A stretch of DNA of 64,000 bases from Alphaproteobacteria bacterium. GTDB lineage: Bacteria; Myxococcota_A; UBA796; SXON01. The notes beneath the pieces were generated by a model that saw nothing but the letters and a program-made list of their open reading frames with translations, did no database searches and was not told the DNA's origin. Below are positions 9,091 through 17,824 of this stretch, one piece after another. Location: assembly GCA_040376425.1 (NCBI GenBank), contig JBEIQS010000004.1, forward strand, positions 53,617 through 117,616. The letters are read 5' to 3'. Both the position numbers and the translations under genes were made by a program. Position 1 is the first letter of the stretch, and each line of letters starts with the position of its first letter.

Positions 9091-10328
9091 AGCTCCGGCC
9101 AGCCCCAACCCGGCTGGTCGGGTGGGAGCAGCGCCAGACACAGGCTGCCTTCGGGGAGTGACTCTGCCAGCTTGGTAGCAGGATTTCCCGCCACGCCGCC
9201 GGGATCCTGGAGCGGTTGGCACAGCACCACCGCGATGGGCAGGCCCGGGCTGCGCGCCAGGGCCGCCGCGGCGTCCTGTACTTCCTGAAGATCCGCGTCG
9301 GCGCACAACCAGCCCTGAACCCCGGTGGGCAGCACCTGCTCGCCCACCAGGAGGACGCGGTGGCTGTGCAGACGATCGAGCAGCTCTGCGGCTGAAATGC
9401 CGCGAAGGATGCTCGGACCGACGATGGGCGGCAGGCCCGCAACCTGGACCGGCAGCGGCCGCAGCGTTGCCGGCAGGCGCGCGGGGCGGCGCATCCACAA
9501 ACCACCCAAAAGACCAAGAACAAAGGTGATTCCCAGCGCAAGGGGCCGATGTGGCGCCGCCTGCGGGCTCTCCATGGGGACGGGGACCGGTGGCGGAGGG
9601 GTGGGCACTGGGGGCGGAGGGGACTCTGGTGGCGGGGTCGGGGCGGTGGGCGGCGTGGGGGCGGTGGGCGGGCCGATCACTTCGGGGGGGCTGAGGCTGG
9701 CGGTGAAGGAGGTGTTTTCGCTCTTTCCCTGCAACACGTCGATCTGTGCAAAGCGCAGGGGCGGGGCAGCGGGCCAGCTCAGCTCGCCCAATTGCCGGTG
9801 GCTGCCGTCGCCTGCGTTCAACACCAGCTTCAGACGATCGCCCGGTGCCACCCCGGCGCAGCCGAACTCCTCGTCGTTGCGGGTGGCGTCGGGAAAGCGA
9901 CCGTCGTTCCGGCATGCAAGCTCTACGCGGCCCCGCTCCCCTTCGAGGGCGAGCACTGGCGTGCCCCCCTCTCCGGGCACCTGCACCCGTACCAGGATTT
10001 GAGGCGCGGAAACACTGGCGGTCGCCGTTTTTGCCTCCGGCAGCGCAACGTCGCAAGCAATGTCCTTTTTTCCGAGCAGCAGGCTTTGGGGGGCCGTACA
10101 GGGAAGCTCGATCAACCGACCGTCACGGAGCAATGCCAGGCGGTCGCCCGAGGGAATCTCGCAGGTCCAATGCCCGTCCGGGGCGGCATCGGGCGCCTGT
10201 CCCCCGTCGTTGCACGCGGTGGCCTCCAGCACGCCGTCCCGCTCGCCCAAGAGCAGGAGCGAGCGGCTGCCCTCTGCCCCCGCCACCAGCACCGGCGCTG
10301 CCGCCCAGGCTGCCAGAATCCAGACCAT
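9063..10328 (-). CDS. hypothetical single-pass membrane protein (Cys-rich ectodomain, Pro-rich linker, TM, cytoplasmic domain)
   Basis: ORF 9063..10406(-). Start chosen at MVWILAAWAAAPVLVAGAEG (signal peptide). Has a PPTAPTPPTAPTPPPESPPPPVPTPPPPVPVP linker and a TM helix LALGITFVLGLLGGLWM. Its composition is normal, unlike the overlapping R/G/P-rich shadow ORFs. Confidence 0.45.
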   Translation of the reverse strand: MVWILAAWAAAPVLVAGAEGSRSLLLLGERDGVLEATACNDGGQAPDAAPDGHWTCEIPSGDRLALLRDGRLIELPCTAPQSLLLGKKDIACDVALPEAKTATASVSAPQILVRVQVPGEGGTPVLALEGERGRVELACRNDGRFPDATRNDEEFGCAGVAPGDRLKLVLNAGDGSHRQLGELSWPAAPPLRFAQIDVLQGKSENTSFTASLSPPEVIGPPTAPTPPTAPTPPPESPPPPVPTPPPPVPVPMESPQAAPHRPLALGITFVLGLLGGLWMRRPARLPATLRPLPVQVAGLPPIVGPSILRGISAAELLDRLHSHRVLLVGEQVLPTGVQGWLCADADLQEVQDAAAALARSPGLPIAVVLCQPLQDPGGVAGNPATKLAESLPEGSLCLALLPPDQPGWGWPELQASAEGSS

Positions 10329-10389
10329 TCCTTCTGCTATCCGCTTCGATCCGATCGCGCCGCTGCTCCGTACCGCGGCAATGGAAGGC

Positions 10390-10650
10390 TCAGCGTCGCA
10401 GCTCAAAATCCGGCCAGTCGCCCTCGGCGGCCGGGCTCTGCTCGACGCTGCTCACCCGGGCCAGCGGGGGCCCGTGGTGGCACCATGCGATAAATTCCGG
10501 GCTGCGTTCGCCGGAGACCACGGCCTCCACCGAGCCGTCCGGCAGGTTGCGAACCCAGCCACGCAGCCCCAATCGTTGGGCTACCTCGTGGGCGGACGCC
10601 CGAAACCACACCCCCTGCACCTTGCCTCGAACCACCAGTCGCAGCGCCAT
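10390..10650 (-). CDS. acyP: acylphosphatase
   Basis: 86-aa C-terminal part of ORF 10390..11151(-). [45 protein letters not shown] matches the V-x-G-x-V-Q-G-V-x-F-R and GWVRN acylphosphatase signatures. Confidence 0.8.
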   Translation of the reverse strand: MALRLVVRGKVQGVWFRASAHEVAQRLGLRGWVRNLPDGSVEAVVSGERSPEFIAWCHHGPPLARVSSVEQSPAAEGDWPDFELRR

Positions 10651-10749
10651 TGTAGCTCCCCCTACACCGTCTATCCTGCTTTCCCGCCTGGATCCCCCCA
10701 CCCGGCCTCGGTCTGTGCTATAGTCGAGCTTCCGAGTGGTGGTCTGAGC

Positions 10750-11295
10750 GTGCAGGAGGAGGATGACAGCAGCCTGATACGCCGTATGGCGGCTGGGGAC
10801 CGCGCCGCCTTGGGCATGCTCTATGACCGCCAGGCACCGTTGCTGCTGGCAGTGACCCTCAAATTGGGCTTTGACCGCGAAGCTGCCGAGGATTTGGTCC
10901 ATGACCTGTTCCTCGAAGTATGGAGGGCTTCCGCGGACTATGATCCCGCCCGTGGCGCGGTGCGCACCTGGCTTTTGGTACGGTTGCGCAGCCGTGCGTT
11001 GGACCGGCGGCGTTCCGGTCATGCCCGCTACATCGTGGCGGTGGAGGATCTGCAGACGGTGGATCGGCCGCAGGTGCCGCAGGAAGATCCCGTACTTTCC
11101 TCGGATCGGGCGGCGGTGGTGCGGGAGATGGATCAGCTCCCGCCTGAGCAACGGCAGGTGCTGGAGTTGGCCTATTTTGAGGGGCTCTCGGCGGCCGAGA
11201 TTGGGAAAAGGGTGGGAGTTCCTACCGGAACGGTGAAGTCGCGGCTGGCATCAGGACTGGGCAAGCTGCGGCAGGCGCTGGGGGGTGGGCCATGA
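10750..11295 (+). CDS. ECF-type RNA polymerase sigma-70 factor
   Basis: Inner part of ORF 10060..11295, with a GTG start at 10750. Region 2 is [19 protein letters not shown]...[17 protein letters not shown]; region 4 is [41 protein letters not shown]. Confidence 0.85.
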   Translation: MQEEDDSSLIRRMAAGDRAALGMLYDRQAPLLLAVTLKLGFDREAAEDLVHDLFLEVWRASADYDPARGAVRTWLLVRLRSRALDRRRSGHARYIVAVEDLQTVDRPQVPQEDPVLSSDRAAVVREMDQLPPEQRQVLELAYFEGLSAAEIGKRVGVPTGTVKSRLASGLGKLRQALGGGP

Positions 11296-11819
11296 AAGAT
11301 CGCGTACAGGAGGCACTGTTCGTCGAAGGACTGAAAGACGAGGATGTACTTGCACTTTTGCAGGATATCGCGCCGGTGCAACCCGCGGCGAAGCTTCGGG
11401 CGCTGCTGATGGCAGAGGTTCAGGCTCGGCCCTGGGAGCCTTTTGTGAACCGCATGGCAAACCTGGTGGATGTGAGTGCGGAGCGAGCACGGTTTTTTCT
11501 CAATACCATGATGGAGAACTTTGTCCCTGCACCGTGGAAGAATGTGGAGTGGATCCACCTGGAGGCCGGGCCCGCCAATGCGGGCTGTGATGTGGGCATC
11601 CTTCGGGTGGCGCCGGAGCAGGAGTTTCCCTACCACACCCACGGCAACGAAGAGGTGGTTCTGGTACTTCAAGGCGGCTTCCAGAACGATGATGGCAGTA
11701 TCCATCGTGCAGGCGAGCTGTGCCGCCAACGCGACGGTCACGGCTTCACGGCGCTGCCGGGGCAGCCGCTGATCTACCTCGTAGTGGTCGCCGGGGTGGA
11801 GTTTCCCGAATTATCCTGA
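11292..11819 (+). CDS. ChrR-like cupin-domain protein, putative anti-sigma partner
   Basis: ATGA overlap with the ECF sigma stop. C-terminal cupin motif FPYHTHGNEEVVLVLQGGF...G. The N-terminus lacks an H-x3-C-x2-C zinc anti-sigma motif. Confidence 0.5.
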   Translation: MKDRVQEALFVEGLKDEDVLALLQDIAPVQPAAKLRALLMAEVQARPWEPFVNRMANLVDVSAERARFFLNTMMENFVPAPWKNVEWIHLEAGPANAGCDVGILRVAPEQEFPYHTHGNEEVVLVLQGGFQNDDGSIHRAGELCRQRDGHGFTALPGQPLIYLVVVAGVEFPELS

Positions 11820-11870
11820 CCCCCTGGTCGGAATGGGATCGGGTGACTATAGTGACGGCCGGAGGCTGCC

Positions 11871-12218
11871 ATGGCCCTGCTGGAAGAGGAATTCCGCTTG
11901 TACCTGAGGGATCACCAGGATCCCCGCAACCGCGCCACACACTTCGTCGGCATTCCGATTATCGTGATCACACCGATCGTGGCGTTGGCTCTTCTGGACT
12001 GGCGGATTTTTGTAGCCGGACAGGTGGTGGGCTGGGCCTTCCAGCTCCTGGGGCACAAGTTCGAGGGGAACAAGCCGTCCTTCACTGAGCGGCCCATCTC
12101 GTTGCTGATGGGGCCGCTGATGGTGATGGTGGAGCTGTGTGAGCTGGTGGGGGTCCACTTCGCCTTTGCCCAGCGCGCTCGTGCTGCCCAGCAGAGCGAG
12201 GCGCCTCGGAAAGGATAG
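11871..12218 (+). CDS. DUF962 (Mpo1-like) membrane protein
   Basis: ORF 115 aa. HQDPRNRATHFVGIPII and GWAFQLLGHKFEGNKPS motifs, 2-3 TM helices. Confidence 0.6.
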   Translation: MALLEEEFRLYLRDHQDPRNRATHFVGIPIIVITPIVALALLDWRIFVAGQVVGWAFQLLGHKFEGNKPSFTERPISLLMGPLMVMVELCELVGVHFAFAQRARAAQQSEAPRKG

Positions 12219-12223
12219 CGCGG

Positions 12224-14821
12224 CTACTGCCGCACGTAGACGTCCACGTAGGCGCCGCCAAAGTTGTCGCTGGTGGTGCAGTTGGAGATACCTTCCAGCG
12301 TGCCCACGCGGATGGTTTGGGTGGATAGACTGCGGCTGATCACAAAGTCGTAGCCGCCAATGTAGTCGGTGGCGTTTGTGTAGTCAGCGGTGGCCATCCC
12401 GCAGATGGAGGAGCCCCAGTTCTGGGCTACCCCCCAGTTGTCGGCACCAAAGCGGAAGCCGAGATTGTTACAACCGGTCATACTTCCCGGGTACACACAG
12501 TGCGCACTTGTTGAGCCCGAGTCATAGGCGAAGAGGACTTCGTTCCACGAAAAGGCTTCGGTGTTGTAGGCCGTGTTGTCGTAGCCCGTCCCGTACACAT
12601 AGGCATTGTCGCGGACCCGCGTCCAGCCGCCACCGTCCCGGGTCATGTCGCAGACATAGCTGCCACGGGTGAGGTAGTAGCTGCCATCCGTGGCAGACGG
12701 GCTTACATCCTTGATCTCAGCGCAGTCCTCCGCCGGACAGACGGCCGAGGTGCCCAACACCCCATCGTCCGCCGTGCCATCACAGTCGTCGTCGACCAGG
12801 TTGCACAGCTCGGTGGCCCCCGTGTAGATGGTCCCGTTGGTATCGTCACAATCGCGGGGGTCCAGGGAGCTGTAGCCGCCTGTGGCCACGCAGGCGTAGG
12901 CACTGGTTCCAGGGTCGCCTTGGCCGTCGCCGTCGGCATCCAGGTAGTACAGGCTCTGCCCGTCGATGCTGGGATCGGCGTCATCGACGAGCGCGTCGCA
13001 GTCGTCATCGTAGCCGTTGCACTGCTCCACACCGTCCGGAGAGACGGCCGCATCGGCGTCGTTGCAGTCCGCAGAGTCGGTGCCGTAGCCGGCGGGTTGT
13101 GTGCAGGCCAACATACTTGTGCTTGCGTCGCCGTAGCCGTCGCCGTCGGAGTCGGCGTAGTAGAGCGAGGCGCCAGAGATGCTGGGATCCGCCTCGTCCA
13201 AAAGCTGATCGCAGTCGTCATCCACACTGTTGCACAGCTCCTGAGCACCGGGGTTGATCGCGGCATCCTGGTTGTCGCAGTCGCCATCCACAGTGGAACG
13301 CCCGGCGAGTACCTCACACCAGACCCGGCCGGCACCTGCACCATAGCCATCGCCATCGTCATCGGTGTAGACGATGAAGGTGGGCAGCCCATTATCGGCG
13401 TAGCCGTCGCAGTCCTGGTCGTTGCCGTCACAGACTTCCGTGCCGCCCGGGTACACACCCGCGTCTCCGTCGTTGCAGTCGGTGCCATCCGCGATGGTCG
13501 CGGCCGGTTGGGTGCAGGCGATCTGGGCGGTGGCAGGATCTCCGTAGCCATCGCCATCCGAATCGGTATACCAGCTTACAAAAGTAAGGTCGTTGTCGGC
13601 CACGCCGTCGCAGTCCTGATCGGCACCGTCGCAGGCTTCAGGGGCCGAGGGGTAGACCGCAGCGTCCCCGTCGTTGCAGTCGCTGCCGTCGGCGACGGTC
13701 GCCGCAGGCTGGGTGCAGGTGAGCTGAGCGGTGGCGGGGTCGCCGAAGCCGTCGCCGTCCGCATCGGCGTACCAGCTCGCAAAACTCAGCCCGTCGTCGG
13801 CGGTGCCGTCGCAGTCCTGGTCCACGCCATCGCAGAGCTCCGTTGCCCCGGGGTGAATCTGCGCCTGCTGATCTTCACAATCTGTAGTATCTGCTACAAA
13901 ACCGGCAGGGGCCTCGCAGGCGGTGGACGTCGCCAAAGGGTCGCCGTAGCCGTCCCCGTCGGCATCCGCGTACCAGATCAGGGCATCGATCGCGCTCGGC
14001 TCGTCGACCTGGCCATTGCAGTCTTCGTCGAGCACGCCGTCGCAGAGCTCTACCGCGTAGGGGTGCGCGGCTGCAGTACCATCGTTGCAATCGCAGGATT
14101 CGGCGGAATCTGCCGCGACATAGCCGGCCGGCGCGGAGCAGGCGACCTGCGCCACCGCACAATTGCCGTAGCCGTCGCCATCTGCGTCGTAGTACCAGGT
14201 GGTCCCGTTGCTGCCCTCTTCATCCACGGCACCATCGCAGTCATTGTCGGTGCCATCACAAAGCTCGGTTGCGCCTGGAAAAATGGCAGAGGCAGCATCG
14301 TCACAGTCGCCGTCCACTGCGCTGTAGCCCGGGGAGAGCGCACAGGCGTAGTCCAGGCTGCTGCCGTAGCCGTCCCCATCGGCGTCCACATAGACGGGGA
14401 TGCCCAGCCCCTCGTCGGCCTCCCCACTGCAGTTGTTGTCGATCCCGTCACAAATCTCTGGTGCCCCCGGGTAGATTTCTCCGTTCTCCGGTACACAATC
14501 CTGATCATTACCGATGTAGCCCGGGGGGGCGGTACAGCCTTCTACCTCGGTGGTGGGGTCGCCAAAGCCATCGCCGTCTTCGTCGGCCCAGAAGGGACTG
14601 CCAACACCTTCGTCGGCGACGCCATCGCAGTTGTTGTCCAGCCCGTCGCACAATTCAATGGCGTCGGGGTTGATGGTGGCATCGGCATCGTTGCAGTCCT
14701 CATCGCCCGAAAAGCCATCCTTGTCCGTATCCGAGAGGACGGGGGTGCTGTCGTCCGGCTTTTCTTCGGTCGGGTTGCAGGCGGGGAGGAGGAGCAGGCA
14801 GAGGAGGTAGCGCATACGCAC
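12224..14821 (-). CDS. large lipoprotein: ~10 tandem MopE-type putative metal-binding repeats plus C-terminal fibrinogen-like YCDxxxxGGGW domain
   Basis: ORF 865 aa with lipobox LLLPAC. Repeat unit is Y.DADGDGYGD....C..P.G...D..DC.D....I.PGA.E.CDG.D.DCDG..D. The C-terminus DCAEIKDVSPSATDGSYYLTRGSYVCDMTRDGGGWTRV matches the fibrinogen-related domain N-terminal signature. Confidence 0.8.
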   Translation of the reverse strand: MRMRYLLCLLLLPACNPTEEKPDDSTPVLSDTDKDGFSGDEDCNDADATINPDAIELCDGLDNNCDGVADEGVGSPFWADEDGDGFGDPTTEVEGCTAPPGYIGNDQDCVPENGEIYPGAPEICDGIDNNCSGEADEGLGIPVYVDADGDGYGSSLDYACALSPGYSAVDGDCDDAASAIFPGATELCDGTDNDCDGAVDEEGSNGTTWYYDADGDGYGNCAVAQVACSAPAGYVAADSAESCDCNDGTAAAHPYAVELCDGVLDEDCNGQVDEPSAIDALIWYADADGDGYGDPLATSTACEAPAGFVADTTDCEDQQAQIHPGATELCDGVDQDCDGTADDGLSFASWYADADGDGFGDPATAQLTCTQPAATVADGSDCNDGDAAVYPSAPEACDGADQDCDGVADNDLTFVSWYTDSDGDGYGDPATAQIACTQPAATIADGTDCNDGDAGVYPGGTEVCDGNDQDCDGYADNGLPTFIVYTDDDGDGYGAGAGRVWCEVLAGRSTVDGDCDNQDAAINPGAQELCNSVDDDCDQLLDEADPSISGASLYYADSDGDGYGDASTSMLACTQPAGYGTDSADCNDADAAVSPDGVEQCNGYDDDCDALVDDADPSIDGQSLYYLDADGDGQGDPGTSAYACVATGGYSSLDPRDCDDTNGTIYTGATELCNLVDDDCDGTADDGVLGTSAVCPAEDCAEIKDVSPSATDGSYYLTRGSYVCDMTRDGGGWTRVRDNAYVYGTGYDNTAYNTEAFSWNEVLFAYDSGSTSAHCVYPGSMTGCNNLGFRFGADNWGVAQNWGSSICGMATADYTNATDYIGGYDFVISRSLSTQTIRVGTLEGISNCTTSDNFGGAYVDVYVRQ
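12754..14731 (-). repeat. degenerate tandem coding repeats (~190-210 nt units) encoding the MopE-type modules
   Basis: Nine full units and one partial unit counted in the translated protein (DxDGDG[YF]G ... CDGxDxDCDG). Boundaries are approximate, derived from amino-acid positions. Confidence 0.7.
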
Positions 14822-14834
14822 ATTCTACCAGAGC

Positions 14835-15779
14835 TCAGCGCCCCATCCACACCACCATAGAAAGCCTGCTGTCCAGGTTCTGCCCAAGCCAAGGCAGCTC
14901 CGCCTGTTGCCCGGGCCAGAAGGACCACCCCGCCTCCATCCGCAGGCCCACACGTCGGCTGAAGCGCCAGTCGCTGCCCAAGGCTGTGCGCAGGCCCACA
15001 AAAGGCTCGTTGCCATCGGGCCAGTGCCGCCCGGTGGCCAGCCACAGTGACGGCCCCACCGCCCCCTCCAAGGACCACAGCCCCCGCCCGATGGGCAGTG
15101 TGGCCCGCGCCATCAGGGCAAAGTGGTGCCCATCCACCACCAGCTCGCCGCCGAAGGTGTTGGAGGCCGGCAAAGCACCGCTCCACTCGGCCCGAATCCC
15201 CAGAACATCGCGGATGGGAATATCCACCTGTACTGCTGCCCCCAACCGGAACGCCACCCCATCCAGGCGGCGCTCCACCAGCCCCTGTGTCCCCATCACC
15301 AACGCAATTTGGTCCCGACGCATTTTGTCGCGATAGCGTCCCAACAGCAGCGATGCCCGCGAGCGGATCGCCTCTTCGTAGGGGGTGGTGGGTTCCTCGG
15401 CCACCAGGGCGTCCAGCACCGCCATTCCCTCGTCCTGGCGGTCACGACGGATCAGACAATAGCCCAGCAGCAGGCGGGCCGGTCGAAAGGCTGGATCGAT
15501 CGCCAGGACCGCTTCCACTTTATTTTGAGCCTCGGTCCACCTTCCACGCTGCCAATCGGCGTAGGCATCCAGATATAAACGCTCCAGTTCTGTCTGGTTT
15601 GTACCTGGACTTTTAGCCTCCTCCTCTGGAGGCAGGACATCCGGATCAGTGGGCGCTGTCGGAACGTCAGGAGCTTCGGCTGGCGAAGTTTCCGTGGAAG
15701 AAGGTACGGTTTCGGTGGCAGGATCGCTAGGGTCCTGTGCCATCGTGTAGGGAAGTGCAAAAAGGAGTGCGACGTGCAT
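14835..15779 (-). CDS. hypothetical secreted protein, TPR-like N-domain plus beta-barrel-like C-domain
   Basis: ORF 314 aa. Signal-like MHVALLFALPYTMAQD, a Pro/Thr/Glu-rich linker, a TPR-like helix pair (YLDAYADWQRGRWTEAQNKVEAVLAIDPAF), then alternating-hydrophobic strands with an aromatic-rich C-terminus. Confidence 0.45.
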   Translation of the reverse strand: MHVALLFALPYTMAQDPSDPATETVPSSTETSPAEAPDVPTAPTDPDVLPPEEEAKSPGTNQTELERLYLDAYADWQRGRWTEAQNKVEAVLAIDPAFRPARLLLGYCLIRRDRQDEGMAVLDALVAEEPTTPYEEAIRSRASLLLGRYRDKMRRDQIALVMGTQGLVERRLDGVAFRLGAAVQVDIPIRDVLGIRAEWSGALPASNTFGGELVVDGHHFALMARATLPIGRGLWSLEGAVGPSLWLATGRHWPDGNEPFVGLRTALGSDWRFSRRVGLRMEAGWSFWPGQQAELPWLGQNLDSRLSMVVWMGR

Positions 15780-15838
15780 GTCGCGCTTTTCAATACCACG
15801 TTCCGGAGGCTAAGGAGAGAGCGTCCCCAGGAGTTCTC

Positions 15839-17776
15839 ATGTCGCCTCGCCTCATCACCCTTCTCCTCCTCAGCACCGGCTGCCAGTCTGTCCTCAGTGA
15901 CCACAGCTTCGCAACCGGCAGTCACACGGTGGTGGCCGACTCGGATCGGGGTCTGCTCTGGGCGGTAGACGCGGACAATGGCGCCATCGTGCGGCAGAGC
16001 ACCTCGGGCAAGGTTCTGAGCGTCGAGGTGGGCGCCGAGCCATCCCGTATCGCCCGGGCCGGCAACCGCCTGTTTGTGACCCTGCGCGGTGAGCGCTCGG
16101 TGGCCGTCCTGGAAGACCAGGGCGACAGCCTGAAGCTGGTGCAGAAGGTGGAAGTGGGCACCGAGCCCTACGGAATTGTGGCGCGCGAGGATGGCAAGCG
16201 CCTGTACGTGGCGCTGTCGACCCAAGGGGTGGTGCAGGAGCTGGATGGGGAGAACCTCAGCCTGCTGCGCTCCTGGGAGATCGACGGCGAGCCGACCTGG
16301 CTTGCGCTGCAGCCCGGCGGCCACGCCCTGTACATCGCCTCGGCCTTCGGTGGCACTCTTTCCTGGGTAGACCTGGATAGTGGCAGCCTGGACGTGGTGA
16401 ACCTGCCCAAGCTGACCGGCGCCGGCGAAGAGCGCGATCAGCCCCTGACCCGCCGCCTCACCGGGGACATGTGGGTCAGCTCGGACGGCGACACTCTGGC
16501 AATTCCCGCCCTCTATGTGGACAATGTCACGCCCGTCGGCGATCCCACCGAGGATGGCTCTACCGATGTGAGCAGCGGCGGTGGCTATGCCTCCACCCCC
16601 AGCCTGAACATCAGCCGCATGAACCCCGCCGTGGTGACGGTCCCGCTGAAGCCGGGTGGAAAGCCGGAGATCGATGGTGTGGCCAACCTGTTTGCCGGCG
16701 GCTTCGGACTGGACAACACCGTACGCTCCTACCTGAACTCGGTCACCATCTCGCCGGATGGCGAGACGGTCTTTGCGACCATGGAAGCCTCGGGCACCGT
16801 TGTGGCCATGTCGCTGCAGCCCCTGTTTGGCGAAGTGGGGGATTCGGATGTGATGATGGACATGGTGGACACCGGTGGCTCCGGGATCCAGCTCTCCACC
16901 GATGCGGCCGGCTTTGCCAGCGCTCCCACCGTGGTCATCTCCACCGACCTGGGGCCTCAGGGTGTGGCCTTTGTGGGCGAGGACGCCTACGTGCACAACT
17001 TCCTCTCCCGCAGCGTGGGCAAGCTGTGGAACGCCGGGGTCGAGGCCACCCTGGCCGACATGTTCGTGAGTGGCAGCCTGGGGATGGAAGCCGCCGCTGC
17101 GCCCCGTGCCGAGTCCTTCGGCGACTCCCTGTTGGATCCCACCGTGCTCCAGGGCCGGGAGCTGTTCTACTCGGCCACTGCGTCGGTCATGGCCGCGGAT
17201 GGTGCGGGCGTAAGCTGCTCCACCTGCCACTTTGACGGCCGGAACGACGGTCTGACCTGGACCTTCACCAATGGCGTGCGCCAGACTCCCAGCCTCGCCG
17301 GTCAGGTCTCTCTGACCGCCCCGGTGACCTGGAATTCTGCGGTGGCTTCCGTCGGCACCGAAGCGACGCTTACCTCCCAGGGACGTATGGGTGGAAGCGA
17401 CATCTCCGATGCACAGGTCGCAGCGATTGCAGCCTTCGTGGACTACGGTCGCCATGTGGATCTGCCCAACAAGGCTTCCACTGCCGAGGATGTTCTGCGC
17501 GGGAAAGTCATCTTTGAACGCGAAGATGTGGCCTGCGCTTCCTGCCACGTGGCGCCGCTGTACACCGACAACGCCAACCACAGCATGTTTGGCCTGGACG
17601 ACGTGAACACCCCCACCCTGGTGGGCATCGCCGCCTCCGCGCCCTACATGCACGATGGGAGCGCGGCCACTCTGCGCGATGTGCTGGTGATGTCTCGCAG
17701 CGGCGAGATGGGCGATACCAGCATGCTCACCGATGGCGAGATGGCCGATTTGGAAGCCTACCTCCGCTCGCTCTGA
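15839..17776 (+). CDS. lipoprotein: beta-propeller domain fused to di-heme cytochrome c peroxidase (CCP/MauG-family) domain
   Basis: Start at MSPRLITLLLLSTGC (lipobox). The N-terminal half has repeated beta-propeller-like blades (RIARAGNRLFVTL, YGIVAREDGKRLYVAL, WLALQPGGHALYIA). Two heme motifs, CSTCH and CASCH, with NTPTLVGIAASAPYMHDGSAATLRDVL as in the CCP family. Confidence 0.75.
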   Translation: MSPRLITLLLLSTGCQSVLSDHSFATGSHTVVADSDRGLLWAVDADNGAIVRQSTSGKVLSVEVGAEPSRIARAGNRLFVTLRGERSVAVLEDQGDSLKLVQKVEVGTEPYGIVAREDGKRLYVALSTQGVVQELDGENLSLLRSWEIDGEPTWLALQPGGHALYIASAFGGTLSWVDLDSGSLDVVNLPKLTGAGEERDQPLTRRLTGDMWVSSDGDTLAIPALYVDNVTPVGDPTEDGSTDVSSGGGYASTPSLNISRMNPAVVTVPLKPGGKPEIDGVANLFAGGFGLDNTVRSYLNSVTISPDGETVFATMEASGTVVAMSLQPLFGEVGDSDVMMDMVDTGGSGIQLSTDAAGFASAPTVVISTDLGPQGVAFVGEDAYVHNFLSRSVGKLWNAGVEATLADMFVSGSLGMEAAAAPRAESFGDSLLDPTVLQGRELFYSATASVMAADGAGVSCSTCHFDGRNDGLTWTFTNGVRQTPSLAGQVSLTAPVTWNSAVASVGTEATLTSQGRMGGSDISDAQVAAIAAFVDYGRHVDLPNKASTAEDVLRGKVIFEREDVACASCHVAPLYTDNANHSMFGLDDVNTPTLVGIAASAPYMHDGSAATLRDVLVMSRSGEMGDTSMLTDGEMADLEAYLRSL

Positions 17777-17783
17777 GCGTGGT

Positions 17784-17804
17784 TGCTCTTGACGGGTCAA
17801 GGCC
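17784..17804. repeat. palindromic motif copy TGCTCTTGACGGGTCAAGGCC
   Basis: Perfect 14-nt palindrome CTTGACGGGTCAAG, 8 nt after the CCP-gene stop and between convergent genes. A second small hairpin AGGCC-N9-GGCCT follows at 17800-17818. Confidence 0.6.
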
Positions 17805-17824
17805 TCTTTGGGGGGCCTGACCCC

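Noticed and set aside
8497-10056. 519-aa minus-strand ORF, plus overlapping plus-strand ORFs 9325..10002, 9549..10493 and 9746..10723
   Set aside because: All are extreme R/G/P/A-rich shadow frames. The 9063..10328 frame has a signal peptide, a TM helix and normal composition, and GrpE occupies 8527..9090 on the plus strand.
12920-14860. 646-aa plus-strand ORF
   Set aside because: It is antisense to the MopE-repeat lipoprotein gene. Its V/A/G/R-rich periodic composition mirrors the repeats and it has no motifs. This is a typical GC-rich shadow ORF.
15452-17800. 782-aa minus-strand ORF
   Set aside because: It is antisense to the propeller-CCP gene, which has lipobox and heme motifs. The composition is H/G/R/A-rich and low in complexity.
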